Below, in pieces: positions 30,857 to 40,548 of a DNA stretch of 64,000 nucleotides; the stretch's first letter is position 1; each line of letters opens with the position of its first letter. Origin of the DNA: Chitinophagales bacterium (GTDB lineage: Bacteria; Bacteroidota; Bacteroidia; Chitinophagales; JADIYW01); NCBI GenBank assembly GCA_044227665.1, contig JBGAWK010000007.1, positions 10,965 through 74,964 of the forward strand, in the 5' to 3' direction. A program made the position numbers and the translations under genes. The notes beneath the pieces are model-generated. The model made no database searches. It was not told the origin of the DNA and saw nothing but the letters and a program-made list of their open reading frames with translations.

Positions 30857-32537
30857 AATATTACTATTTATTATACTTATTCTAGGGTGTAAAAGTATAT
30901 GTGCACAGCAGCAGAATCTGCCTTTAGAATATAACTATGACTTATACTATAGCAAGTATTTGTACGAGCAAGATAAAAATATTTTTCATTCATCTTTCAA
31001 GCCTTACTTAGCATCTGAGGTGTATACTGTAGTATATCCCGATACTACTTTTGGGCTACAGCAACTGGATAATGACAATTTTTTCAAAAAGGCTATCAAT
31101 GTGATAGGATATGGCGATATGCTCAGGTTTGACGAACATGGTTTTATAAAACCTACATATATAGACAGCAGTAATTATGGAGTAAAAATTGAAATGCCCT
31201 ACAACAATAGAGGGTATGCCCCCCGAAAATTTTATGTTGCTGCCAATCCTATCATTAGATTTGAGTTGGGCTATGACAGTTACAAAGGAGGAAAAAAGTT
31301 CTATAATCTTCGTGGTGTGGAACTAAGAGGAGATATAGGCAAGAAAGTAAGCATATTTACGACCTTTTTGGAGCAACAGGCAGAATTTCCTGATTATGTA
31401 CAAGGATATGTTGCCAAGAATAGAGCCGCTCCGGGCGAGTCTAAAGTTCGACAGTTCAAGGGTACAGGGTGGGACTTTAATAGAAGTGCTGCCTACATCT
31501 CGTATAGCCCCAATAAATACTTTAATATACAAGTAGGCAGCAACAAACACTTTGTAGGGGATGGATACCGCTCTTTGTTACTTTCAGATAACTCAAATTC
31601 TTATCCTTTTATACAAACTTCTACCAAATTTTGGAAAATAAAGTATGTCAACATTTTTGCCGAGTTGATTAATAACAATAACAGTATTACAGACTTTACA
31701 CTAGGATTTCCTAGGAAATTTGCCACCTTCAATTATCTTTCCTATGCTATTCATCCATGGGTTCAGGTAGGCATATTTGAGGGTATCATGTGGCGACGCA
31801 CCACAGATGCAGGACATACAGCCTTTGATTTCAATATGCTTAATCCTATTATAGGAATCAGAGGGCTGCAAAAAAACTTAGATATTAATAGCCTATATGG
31901 ATTGAATCTTTCCGTAAGACTGCCTAGATATATTTCCTTGTACGGGCAACTTGCCATCAATGAAATGAGTGGTGGTCGCAATACTTCCGGAAGACGTACA
32001 GGATGGCAAGCAGGAGTGAAGTATTATGATGTAGCTGGAGTCAAGAATTTGAATGTGCAATTGGAATATAATGCGGTGCGTCCGTATACCTATCAAGGTA
32101 AGACGGATAGTATATTACACTACTCCCATTACAACCAATCATTGGCACATCCTATGGGTGCAAATTTTAATGAGATACTTTTATTGGCAAATTATAGATA
32201 TAAAAGATTGTATGCCAATTATAAATTTAATTTCTCCCGTGCAGGCGTAGATGTGAGAGGAGTAAACTATGGCGCAGATATCTTAAAAAATGCGGCGGCG
32301 GCTTCTACAAATGACAATATAAAGATAGGTAATGGTATTGCTTATAAAGTTGTAAACAATGAACTACGTGCTGGATATATTCTGAATCCCAAAATAAATA
32401 TGGCCTTAGAGATGGTAGTCCATATCAGAAAATATGCAGCAAATGTCAACGACTTTGAATTGAAGAGCAATTATTTTTCGCTGGGAATGGTCACAAGGTT
32501 GTATAACCATTATTATGATGTGCCTTTAGTCTTCTAG
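30834..32537 (+). CDS. Outer-membrane beta-barrel protein, RemB-like / Wzi capsule-assembly-like (start uncertain)
   Basis: FVGDGYRSLLLSDN, NVQLEYNAVRPYTY and YSHYNQSLAHPMGANFNE motifs, C-terminal Phe. Follows wcaJ. Confidence 0.65.
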   Translation: MEKKERIRILLFIILILGCKSICAQQQNLPLEYNYDLYYSKYLYEQDKNIFHSSFKPYLASEVYTVVYPDTTFGLQQLDNDNFFKKAINVIGYGDMLRFDEHGFIKPTYIDSSNYGVKIEMPYNNRGYAPRKFYVAANPIIRFELGYDSYKGGKKFYNLRGVELRGDIGKKVSIFTTFLEQQAEFPDYVQGYVAKNRAAPGESKVRQFKGTGWDFNRSAAYISYSPNKYFNIQVGSNKHFVGDGYRSLLLSDNSNSYPFIQTSTKFWKIKYVNIFAELINNNNSITDFTLGFPRKFATFNYLSYAIHPWVQVGIFEGIMWRRTTDAGHTAFDFNMLNPIIGIRGLQKNLDINSLYGLNLSVRLPRYISLYGQLAINEMSGGRNTSGRRTGWQAGVKYYDVAGVKNLNVQLEYNAVRPYTYQGKTDSILHYSHYNQSLAHPMGANFNEILLLANYRYKRLYANYKFNFSRAGVDVRGVNYGADILKNAAAASTNDNIKIGNGIAYKVVNNELRAGYILNPKINMALEMVVHIRKYAANVNDFELKSNYFSLGMVTRLYNHYYDVPLVF

Positions 32538-32539
32538 TA

Positions 32540-33163
32540 CTATTGCATTATCTGATATATTCCAATAAAGTGGCATATACTCCCAGTAAATACAAATACA
32601 TGCCATATTGCATGATGATAAGTGAATCTCTTCCATGCATAAAAAATAATACCTTTCAAATAGGCTACGCCACCAACTATCAGTAAAATTTTGAAAGTCA
32701 AATTATCGAAAGCAAAAATCTTATCGAAAGCAAAGAAACTTATAAATGCCATAACCACATAGGACACTAGGGATACAAACTCATATTTTCCAGTAAAGAA
32801 AATCTTAAAAATAATTCCCAATACAACAATAGACCATAATATAGAAAGAAATATTACGGCATCCTTATGAGGGAGACATCTGTATATTATCGGAGATTGA
32901 GTGCCTGCTATCAATATATAAATACTTGAATGGTCAAAAACTCTTAATACTTTTTTTACTTTTTCATCTTGGAAGTAGTGATATACCGTAGAAAATCCAT
33001 AAACAAGAAGAAGCCCCATGCAAAATAATACGCACGTGAATACCAAAGAAGAATTATAACTATATGTTTTGTATAACAGGATAGGAATCAATACTATAAA
33101 TACTATAAAACCAATTCCATGCGTAATCACATTCGCAATTTCTTTCCTGCAAAGTTGCTTCAT
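32540..33163 (-). CDS. Hemolysin III / PAQR (TrhA-like) membrane protein
   Basis: EIANVITHGIG, STVYH, DHSSIYILIAGT and HAIWHVFV motifs. Confidence 0.92.
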   Translation of the reverse strand: MKQLCRKEIANVITHGIGFIVFIVLIPILLYKTYSYNSSLVFTCVLFCMGLLLVYGFSTVYHYFQDEKVKKVLRVFDHSSIYILIAGTQSPIIYRCLPHKDAVIFLSILWSIVVLGIIFKIFFTGKYEFVSLVSYVVMAFISFFAFDKIFAFDNLTFKILLIVGGVAYLKGIIFYAWKRFTYHHAIWHVFVFTGSICHFIGIYQIMQ

Positions 33164-33268
33164 CGTAGTCTAAAGGTACAAAAAATATTTTTAAATACAT
33201 TTCTAAATAAATATGGTGAAATTGAAACAGTTTTATATTTTTATCCGAAATAAATAAATTACATACTT

Positions 33269-34018
33269 ATGAAAACGTCTATTACACTATTGGCAGCATT
33301 TTTAGTAGCATCCACAATCTCTGCACAAACGCTCACCACTATTCAAGGTACAGAAAAGTATATAGAGGTAAAAGTCAGTGATACCATGACAGTCACACCG
33401 GATATTATCAAATTTATGATAAGTATCGAAAATGCAGACGCCTTTGACTACGATGATTATAGTGAAGACGAAAATGAAGTCAGAAATGTTCGTAAAACAA
33501 GTAATAAACAACAGCTTACCAAGAACCAAATAGAGATGATTCTAGATAAACATAAATATATGTATAAGTATAATAAAGAAAATGAGAAAAACGGCATGGG
33601 TAGTACCAAAGGCTTGGATATGTTTGGCAATTCCTTTGAAGTTACGCTAAATAGCATGAGCCAGCTAGAAGCATTGGAAGCAGAATTGGAGAAAGTAGAT
33701 GATATAGAAACTATGATAATGAGCACAGGTGTGACAAATCAGCATCAATATGAACTACAGCTAATAGATAGGCTGATGAGAAGAGCACGTGAGGAGGCAA
33801 ATGTTATTGCCAAATCAATGAATGTTACAGTTGATATGCCATTGAATGTATCCAATGCCACATGGGACGACTTATATACAGGCATGTTCAATAAGCCGAA
33901 TAGCATGGGAGGATTAGGAAGTATATTTTCGATGTTTGGCAGTATGTTTAAATCTGGAAGTCAGAAAGCCGAGGTTGTTATCTCAAAATCTATTGTGGTA
34001 AGATTTAGTTACAAGTAG
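33269..34018 (+). CDS. SIMPL (DUF541) domain exported protein
   Basis: Signal peptide, YIEVKVSDTMTVTPD, AREEANVIAKSM and a C-terminal IVVRF. Confidence 0.7.
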   Translation: MKTSITLLAAFLVASTISAQTLTTIQGTEKYIEVKVSDTMTVTPDIIKFMISIENADAFDYDDYSEDENEVRNVRKTSNKQQLTKNQIEMILDKHKYMYKYNKENEKNGMGSTKGLDMFGNSFEVTLNSMSQLEALEAELEKVDDIETMIMSTGVTNQHQYELQLIDRLMRRAREEANVIAKSMNVTVDMPLNVSNATWDDLYTGMFNKPNSMGGLGSIFSMFGSMFKSGSQKAEVVISKSIVVRFSYK

Positions 34019-34631
34019 TAAGTGCTAAGAAGTTAGTGTAAATTTCTTCTGCAATACTGTCTTCATCCTTATCGCCATCTATGATGACTATTTTTTCATA
34101 AGAAGAAATCTTGTCAAAGGCTTCGAGATATTTTTTTCTTACAGCAATAAGATTGTCTAAGTTTTCATAAATCTCTTGCGTAGTACGTCCTTTTTGTATT
34201 CTCTCTATAGATTTTTCAGGAGAAATATCTATAAAAAAATGTGCATGAGGTTTTAGGCAATTTACTGCTACTTTGTTCATTTCTATGACCCAATCTATAT
34301 CTACATGAGCACCATGATAGGCATAAGATGAAAGGTAATATCTGTCGCTAAGAATGTGATAGCCCTCATTTAGTTTCTTTAGCATACCATCATTGTCATT
34401 GAGAATGTGTTCCATTCTGTCAGCCAAGAATAGTCCTGCAATAGCATAAGGATTTGAAGGTCTAGTGCCACTAAAAATTTTTCTTATAAGAAGACCGAGG
34501 TCTTCATTTGTAGGCTCACAAGTAATATGCACCTGCTCACCTAGATTTAGAATACGCTGTTGTAGTTTCTTTATCTGTGTACTTTTTCCACTGCCGTCTA
34601 TGCCTTCAAAAGCAATAAATATAGGTTGCAT
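34005..34631 (-). CDS. tmk: Thymidylate (dTMP) kinase
   Basis: FIAFEGIDGSGKSTQ, LFLADRMEH and LSDRYYLSSYAY motifs. Confidence 0.92.
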   Translation of the reverse strand: MQPIFIAFEGIDGSGKSTQIKKLQQRILNLGEQVHITCEPTNEDLGLLIRKIFSGTRPSNPYAIAGLFLADRMEHILNDNDGMLKKLNEGYHILSDRYYLSSYAYHGAHVDIDWVIEMNKVAVNCLKPHAHFFIDISPEKSIERIQKGRTTQEIYENLDNLIAVRKKYLEAFDKISSYEKIVIIDGDKDEDSIAEEIYTNFLALTTCN

Positions 34632-34636
34632 ATATG

Positions 34637-34644
34637 CAAAAATA
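34637..34644 (-). promoter_or_regulatory. -7 box TATTTTTG, 5 nt upstream of the tmk ATG
   Basis: Exact TAnnTTTG match. Confidence 0.55.
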
Positions 34645-34762
34645 GCCCTATTTGCTTTTACGTACTAGTAAAACTTATAATCTTATACTATTCCTTTGGT
34701 TTAAAATTATTTAATTTTAGCATACGTTATACAATTAAGTATCTTTAGCCAGTCGAAAATCT

Positions 34763-36658
34763 ATGAGTGACGTAATCAAACACGAATGTGGTATCGCATT
34801 CTTGAGGTTGTTGAAACCCCTATCATTTTATAAGGAAAAGTATGGTGATATCTTTTATGGTTTGCATAAGATGTACTTGCTCATGGAGAAGCAACACAAT
34901 CGAGGACAAGATGGAGCAGGGCTAGTAAGCGTAAAGATAGATTCACCTCCCGGGGTGCCATATTATGATAGAGAAAGAAGTATAGCCACAAATGCGATAA
35001 AAGAAATATATGCCGAAATTTTTGAGAAGATAAATTCTGTCGGAGAGAATATCCTTCAGAATGCCGATGATGCATATATCACAAATCATATTCCATTTAT
35101 GGGAGATTTGCTACTTGGACATCTCAGATACGGTACGCATGGCAGTAATAGTAAAAGTAACTGCCATCCGCGTATCAGAGCCAATAACTGGAAGACCCGT
35201 ACATTGATGGTAGCAGGCAACTTTAACCTTACTAATGTAGATGAGTTATTTGAACATTTAGTACAGTTGGGGCAATTCCCCAAGGAAGTATCAGATACTA
35301 TGACCGTATTAGAAAAAATAGGACATTTCTTAGATACAGAAAATCAGAGATTGTTCAAACAATATAAGTATCTAGGGCTAGATAATAGAACTATCACAAA
35401 TCAGATTGCTTCAAACCTGAACTACCAAAATATACTACAGCCCTCTGCTCAGGACTTTGACGGGGGATATGTAATGGCGGGAATAATTGGTCATGGCGAT
35501 GCCTTTGTCATGAGAGATCCTAACGGCATACGCCCTGCATATTATTATTATGATGATGAAATAGTGGTAGTAGCCAGTGAAAGACCAGCCATACAGACCA
35601 CTTTTAATGTCCACAGAGACAAAGTCAAAGAATTGGAGCCTGCTACGGCCATTACTATAAGAAAAAATGGCGCAGTAACCATAATCCCTACGATAGAAAG
35701 AGCTGAGAAAAAATCGTGCAGTTTTGAGCGGATATATTTTTCACGAGGAAGTGATTATGAAATATACAGAGAAAGAAAGGAATTGGGCAAACTCCTTACC
35801 CATAAGATACTCGAAGCCGTAGATTATGATTTCGAGCATACTGTGTTCTCATATATTCCCAATACGGCAGAAGTAGCATTCTATGGCATGGTGGACGAGC
35901 TCAGAAAATCTTTTATAAGAAGACAAATCCAATACCTTCGAGATAATAATATCAATGATGCCGATACAATAGAAAAGTATATTACTCAAACGCCAAGAAT
36001 AGAAAAAATAGCAATAAAAGATGTAAAACTTAGAACGTTTATCACAGAAGATGACGCTAGAAATGACTTAGTGCACCATGTATATGATGTCACCTATGGT
36101 ATAGTCCAAAATAATAGAGACACCATAGTAGTACTGGATGATTCAATAGTAAGAGGTACTACGCTCAAAGAAAGTATTCTCACTATGTTGGACAGGCTTC
36201 AGCCCAAAAAAATAATTATAGTATCATCAGCACCTCAGATTAGATACCCTGATTGCTACGGCATAGATATGTCTAAAATAGGAAATTTTGTTGTTTTTAA
36301 GGCGGCTGTGCAACTAATCAAAGAAAATTTGCCGTCTAGTTATTTGGAATCTATCTATAAAGAGTGTAAGATTGAATTATTAAAAACGGATGGTCAGATT
36401 GGAAATCCTGTAAAGAAAGTTTACGCACCTTTTACAGACCAACAGATACTACAAAAAATTAGTGACATAGTGAAGCCTAATCATATATTTTCTGATGTAC
36501 AGATAATCTATCAATCTGTAGAAGATCTCCATATTGCCTGCCCCAATAATTTGGGAGACTGGTACTTCACTGGAGATTATCCTACAGTAGGAGGAACAAA
36601 ATCCTGTATTAAGTCATTTATTAATTTTTATGAGGGAAAAAATTTGAGAGCCTATTAG
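34763..36658 (+). CDS. purF: Amidophosphoribosyltransferase (long Bacteroidota form)
   Basis: KHECGIA (Ntn nucleophile after a propeptide), QHNRGQDGAG, GHLRYGT, CSFERIYFSR and VLDDSIVRGTT motifs. Confidence 0.88.
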   Translation: MSDVIKHECGIAFLRLLKPLSFYKEKYGDIFYGLHKMYLLMEKQHNRGQDGAGLVSVKIDSPPGVPYYDRERSIATNAIKEIYAEIFEKINSVGENILQNADDAYITNHIPFMGDLLLGHLRYGTHGSNSKSNCHPRIRANNWKTRTLMVAGNFNLTNVDELFEHLVQLGQFPKEVSDTMTVLEKIGHFLDTENQRLFKQYKYLGLDNRTITNQIASNLNYQNILQPSAQDFDGGYVMAGIIGHGDAFVMRDPNGIRPAYYYYDDEIVVVASERPAIQTTFNVHRDKVKELEPATAITIRKNGAVTIIPTIERAEKKSCSFERIYFSRGSDYEIYRERKELGKLLTHKILEAVDYDFEHTVFSYIPNTAEVAFYGMVDELRKSFIRRQIQYLRDNNINDADTIEKYITQTPRIEKIAIKDVKLRTFITEDDARNDLVHHVYDVTYGIVQNNRDTIVVLDDSIVRGTTLKESILTMLDRLQPKKIIIVSSAPQIRYPDCYGIDMSKIGNFVVFKAAVQLIKENLPSSYLESIYKECKIELLKTDGQIGNPVKKVYAPFTDQQILQKISDIVKPNHIFSDVQIIYQSVEDLHIACPNNLGDWYFTGDYPTVGGTKSCIKSFINFYEGKNLRAY

Positions 36659-36732
36659 TTAATAATTTAATTTTATTACCAATATTCATTAATTCTAAAA
36701 TATTATATAATTTTACAAAAATATTTACTAAC

Positions 36733-38523
36733 ATGAGAAAATTGTTTCTTTTTGCAATCCTCGCTCTTGGTTTGAATGTCAATGCACAGGATAACAACAC
36801 AGACGTTGTGGATGACCAACACAGATTACCGGAAGAATATTGGCCGGTAAAAGAACACGTCAAAGAAAAAAAGTGGGATCAATATGAAGAGTACATTAAT
36901 GGAAAATCTTTATATGCTCCTCGTCGTCGTCACATGCCGGCGATAGGTCTTTCTGGTGGTTTTTCGTACACATCTGGTGACGTTAAGGCTAGACCAGGAT
37001 GGGGTGCCGGTATATTCTTCAGACATAATATAGGGTATTTACTTTCTTTGCGTTATGACGTAGCCTTTCATAGAACTTATGGTGTAAACTATGAGCCACT
37101 ATCTTTGACAGGAGATTTACAAAATACACGTCCTGCAATTAGAGATGCTGCATACAACGGTACTAATAATGGTGTGAAATATTCTGATTTCCCTGGTAAT
37201 ACTACAGTTTATTCAAATTATAGAAATAATATTATTGATGCAGATGCTAACTTAATATTGAATTTAGGCAATATTTTGTTTCACAAGCCAGACAATAGAT
37301 GGAATGTATATGGCTTAGTAGGTTTTGGTGGTATGTTATACAAAACTTGGGTGGATGCATTGGACGATAATAATATGCCTCATAATTTTGATTTGGCCAC
37401 TCAGTCTATGGATGCCTTCAAAGCTTCTAGCCCTAGGGGAGGTAACGTAGCACCTAGTGAGAGAAGAGATGTGTGGCACTATCTTTATGATAATGTTTTT
37501 GATGGTCGCCCTCGTAAAATGGACTGGGAAACAGCCGCAGAAGGACATAAAAATGAAGAATCATTAAAATCTTATGTATTCAACCCTATTGCACATATCG
37601 GTATAGGTGTGGAATATCTTATGGGTAAAAAGAAAAGATGGGCATTAGGATTGGAAGAAAAAGCTACCTTTACGAATGATGACCTCTTGGACAGCCGTCG
37701 CTGGACAGAACAAGGAGACCTTACGCGTGACTTTGATACATATCACTATATTTCTGCTAAATTAGCTTACAACCTAGGTAGTGCAAAGAAAAGAGAATTG
37801 CCTATGTGGTGGGAAAACCCTACAGACTTATATCTACGTAAATATGAAAAGCCTTCTCCTGACTGTAGCAAAGATGAAGACGGTGATGGCGTTTCTGACT
37901 GTACTGATAAGCAGCCAGATTCTAAGCAAGGCTGCCCTGTAGATGCTAATGGTGTGACTAAAGATAGTGATGGTGATGGTTGTATGGACTGTGATGATCC
38001 AGAGCCATTCTCTTCTCCACAATTACCTATAGTAGATTGTAAAAATGTCTTTGACTTTGCGCCTAAGCAATGTTGTGATCAAATCAAAGCTATATTGGAA
38101 AATCCTAACTTCGGTAAAAATTCAGCCACGAACTCTTGCTTAGATGCTACTTTGCCTTCATTGAACTATTCTGTAGATAGATATGGTGTTCCAGCTGATG
38201 CTAATATGCAATTAGCACAAATTGCTACTAAGATGCAAGAATGCCCAGATTTGAGAATGAGTGTTAATGCTAATACAGTTTCACCTAAAAATATTAAGTA
38301 CAATGAGCAGTTGTCATACAATAGAGCTTCTGAAGCAATAGACTATCTTGTAGAAAAATATGGTATCTCTAGAGACAGATTTATTCTTAACTATAGTGGT
38401 CAAACTTCTACAGATGCATCTCAAGCAACAAATGCTGTTCAGTTCAAGTTTGTAGATGATGCAGTGCAAGGAACAAGCAATCCTCCTGCCCCACATCCTG
38501 GACTAAAAGCAGGAAAAGAATAA
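36733..38523 (+). CDS. OmpA-family outer-membrane protein with Ca-binding DxDxDG (TSP3-like) repeats
   Basis: Signal peptide, barrel strands, DEDGDGVSDC/DSDGDGCMDC repeats and NEQLSYNRASEAIDYLVEKYGISRDRF. Confidence 0.85.
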   Translation: MRKLFLFAILALGLNVNAQDNNTDVVDDQHRLPEEYWPVKEHVKEKKWDQYEEYINGKSLYAPRRRHMPAIGLSGGFSYTSGDVKARPGWGAGIFFRHNIGYLLSLRYDVAFHRTYGVNYEPLSLTGDLQNTRPAIRDAAYNGTNNGVKYSDFPGNTTVYSNYRNNIIDADANLILNLGNILFHKPDNRWNVYGLVGFGGMLYKTWVDALDDNNMPHNFDLATQSMDAFKASSPRGGNVAPSERRDVWHYLYDNVFDGRPRKMDWETAAEGHKNEESLKSYVFNPIAHIGIGVEYLMGKKKRWALGLEEKATFTNDDLLDSRRWTEQGDLTRDFDTYHYISAKLAYNLGSAKKRELPMWWENPTDLYLRKYEKPSPDCSKDEDGDGVSDCTDKQPDSKQGCPVDANGVTKDSDGDGCMDCDDPEPFSSPQLPIVDCKNVFDFAPKQCCDQIKAILENPNFGKNSATNSCLDATLPSLNYSVDRYGVPADANMQLAQIATKMQECPDLRMSVNANTVSPKNIKYNEQLSYNRASEAIDYLVEKYGISRDRFILNYSGQTSTDASQATNAVQFKFVDDAVQGTSNPPAPHPGLKAGKE

Positions 38524-38542
38524 TTTTTTGATAGTAAATTAT

Positions 38543-38578
38543 AAAAATAGGCTCGCCATAAAGGTGAGCCTATTTTTT
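38543..38578 (+). terminator. Intrinsic terminator after the ompA-like gene
   Basis: AAAAATAGGCTCGCC-ATAAA-GGTGAGCCTATTTTTT. Confidence 0.88.
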
Positions 38579-38614
38579 ATCTATATGTTTTAAACTATTA
38601 TTTTTGTAATCATC

Positions 38615-39373
38615 ATGCAAAAAACTATTCTAATAACAGGAGCATCATCAGGATTTGGGGAAGCTATTGCCTATAAGTTTGCACAGCAAGGATGGACATG
38701 TATTATTACTGGAAGAAGGGGAGAACGCCTAAATAAAGTAGCCGATACTATAAGGAATAATTATGGTACAAAAGTACTAGTGCTTACTTTTGATATTAGA
38801 AGCCTTGATGCGGTGAAAGAAGCTATTGCTTCTATACCCGAAAATTTCAAAACGATAGATGTGCTAGTAAATAATGCGGGATTAGCAGTAGGTAGAAGCC
38901 CTATTCAAGCTGGTATTTATGACGACTGGGAACGCATGATAGATACTAATATAAAAGGCCTATTGTATGTGACTAGAGAAGTTGTCCCATTAATGATTGC
39001 ACACGGCAAGGGTCACATTATCAATATAGCCTCATTGGCAGGGATAGAGAGTTATGGGGGAGGCAATGTGTATTGCGGTACTAAACATGCAGTGAGAGCT
39101 ATGAGTAGAGGCATGAGGATAGATTTGGTAAATGACAATATCAAGGTTTCATGTGTAAGTCCTGGAGCCGCAGATACTGAATTTTCTTTGGTGAGATATA
39201 AAGGGAATAAAGAAGTCGCAGAAAAAACCTATGAAGGATTTCAGCCATTATCTGCCGAAGATGTTGCAGAAAGCGTGTATTTTATTGCTAGTCAACCTGC
39301 ACATGTCAATATTGAAGAGATTTTTATGCTTCCAACCGCACAAGCGAATTCTACAGTTTTTAATAGAAAATAA
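38615..39373 (+). CDS. Short-chain dehydrogenase/reductase (YdfG-like)
   Basis: TGASSGFG, LVNNAG and YCGTK motifs. TATTTTTG box at 38599-38606. Confidence 0.92.
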   Translation: MQKTILITGASSGFGEAIAYKFAQQGWTCIITGRRGERLNKVADTIRNNYGTKVLVLTFDIRSLDAVKEAIASIPENFKTIDVLVNNAGLAVGRSPIQAGIYDDWERMIDTNIKGLLYVTREVVPLMIAHGKGHIINIASLAGIESYGGGNVYCGTKHAVRAMSRGMRIDLVNDNIKVSCVSPGAADTEFSLVRYKGNKEVAEKTYEGFQPLSAEDVAESVYFIASQPAHVNIEEIFMLPTAQANSTVFNRK

Positions 39374-39424
39374 TAGAATCAACATTTATATTTAATTGTT
39401 GTTTCATAAAATATAGATTCTACA

Positions 39425-40018
39425 ATGTCAACAGTTAATTCTACTCCAGTAATGCTTTATACCGAAGCAACACCAAATCCCAATACTTTAAAATTTGTCG
39501 TAAATAGATCACTTATTGATGGTGAGGCTTTTCAATTATCTCGCGATGAGTTAAGTATAGATACGCATTTTGCCAATGTGATTTATTCTTTTCCCTATGT
39601 GCAAAATTTGTTTTTATCTACAAATTATATTAGTATTTCTAAGGATGACACGGTACTTTGGGCAGAAGCTATGCCGGAATTGAGGGAAGAAATAAAAAAA
39701 TATTTGGAAGTAGATAAGCCACTATTTTCATTGGGATATGTACGTTCTCAGGCACAAGCAAGTAATACTATTTCTGATGATGATTCTGATGTAAATATCC
39801 GTATTAAAGCGGCATTGGATAAATATGTAAAACCTGCTGTGGAGATGGATGGCGGCAATATCAGTTTTGTCAAATTTGAAGATGGTATTTTGGTATTGCA
39901 GCTACAAGGTTCTTGCAGTGGGTGTCCTTCTTCTACCATCACATTGAAGCAAGGAATTGAACAATTGATGAAGCGATTTGTGCCGGAAGTTATAGAAGTG
40001 GTAGCTGAAAATGAGTAA
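39425..40018 (+). CDS. NifU/Nfu-family Fe-S carrier
   Basis: EATPNPNTLKF N-domain, VKPAVEMDGGNI and GSCSGCPSSTITLKQGIE motifs. Confidence 0.93.
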   Translation: MSTVNSTPVMLYTEATPNPNTLKFVVNRSLIDGEAFQLSRDELSIDTHFANVIYSFPYVQNLFLSTNYISISKDDTVLWAEAMPELREEIKKYLEVDKPLFSLGYVRSQAQASNTISDDDSDVNIRIKAALDKYVKPAVEMDGGNISFVKFEDGILVLQLQGSCSGCPSSTITLKQGIEQLMKRFVPEVIEVVAENE

Positions 40019-40020
40019 CG

Positions 40021-40548
40021 ATGTTCCTATATCTTAAAGCTTTACATATCATCTTCGTTGTCAATTGGTTTGCGGGATTATTTTATATGCCTAGATTGTT
40101 TATTTATACTCGTGAAGCGCAGGATAAAGCAGAACCTTCTCGTTCTATACTTATACAACAAAATTTACTTATGCAGTGGCGGCTGTGGTATATCATCACT
40201 TGGCCCTCTGCAATAATTACTTTGCTATTGGGATTATATATGCTACACCTATATGGTGGCTTTCCTTCTTGGTTGTTATGGAAACTTGGGTTCGTACTTG
40301 CTTTGTATATTTATCATATAGTATGTCATACTATATTTTTACAGCAACAAAAAAATATTTTCTCGTGGACATCGAAACAACTCAGAATTTGGAATGAGGT
40401 TGCCACCATTCTTTTATTTATTATAGTATTTTTAGTAGTTGTAAAAAATCAGATGAGTATGCTTTGGGCTATAGTAGGCGTATTTGTATTATCAGTACTT
40501 CTTATGACGGGAATAAGGATATATGATAGAATCAGAAAAGACGACTAG
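40021..40548 (+). CDS. hemJ: Protoporphyrinogen IX oxidase HemJ (CopD/UPF0093 family)
   Basis: LKALHIIFVVNWFAGLFYMPRLFIY and RIWNEVAT motifs. Confidence 0.88.
   Translation: MFLYLKALHIIFVVNWFAGLFYMPRLFIYTREAQDKAEPSRSILIQQNLLMQWRLWYIITWPSAIITLLLGLYMLHLYGGFPSWLLWKLGFVLALYIYHIVCHTIFLQQQKNIFSWTSKQLRIWNEVATILLFIIVFLVVVKNQMSMLWAIVGVFVLSVLLMTGIRIYDRIRKDD

Noticed and set aside
22319..40548. Short convergent 3' overlaps (22319-22345, 34005-34018, 40545-40548)
   Set aside because: Common in compact genomes; no specific signal.
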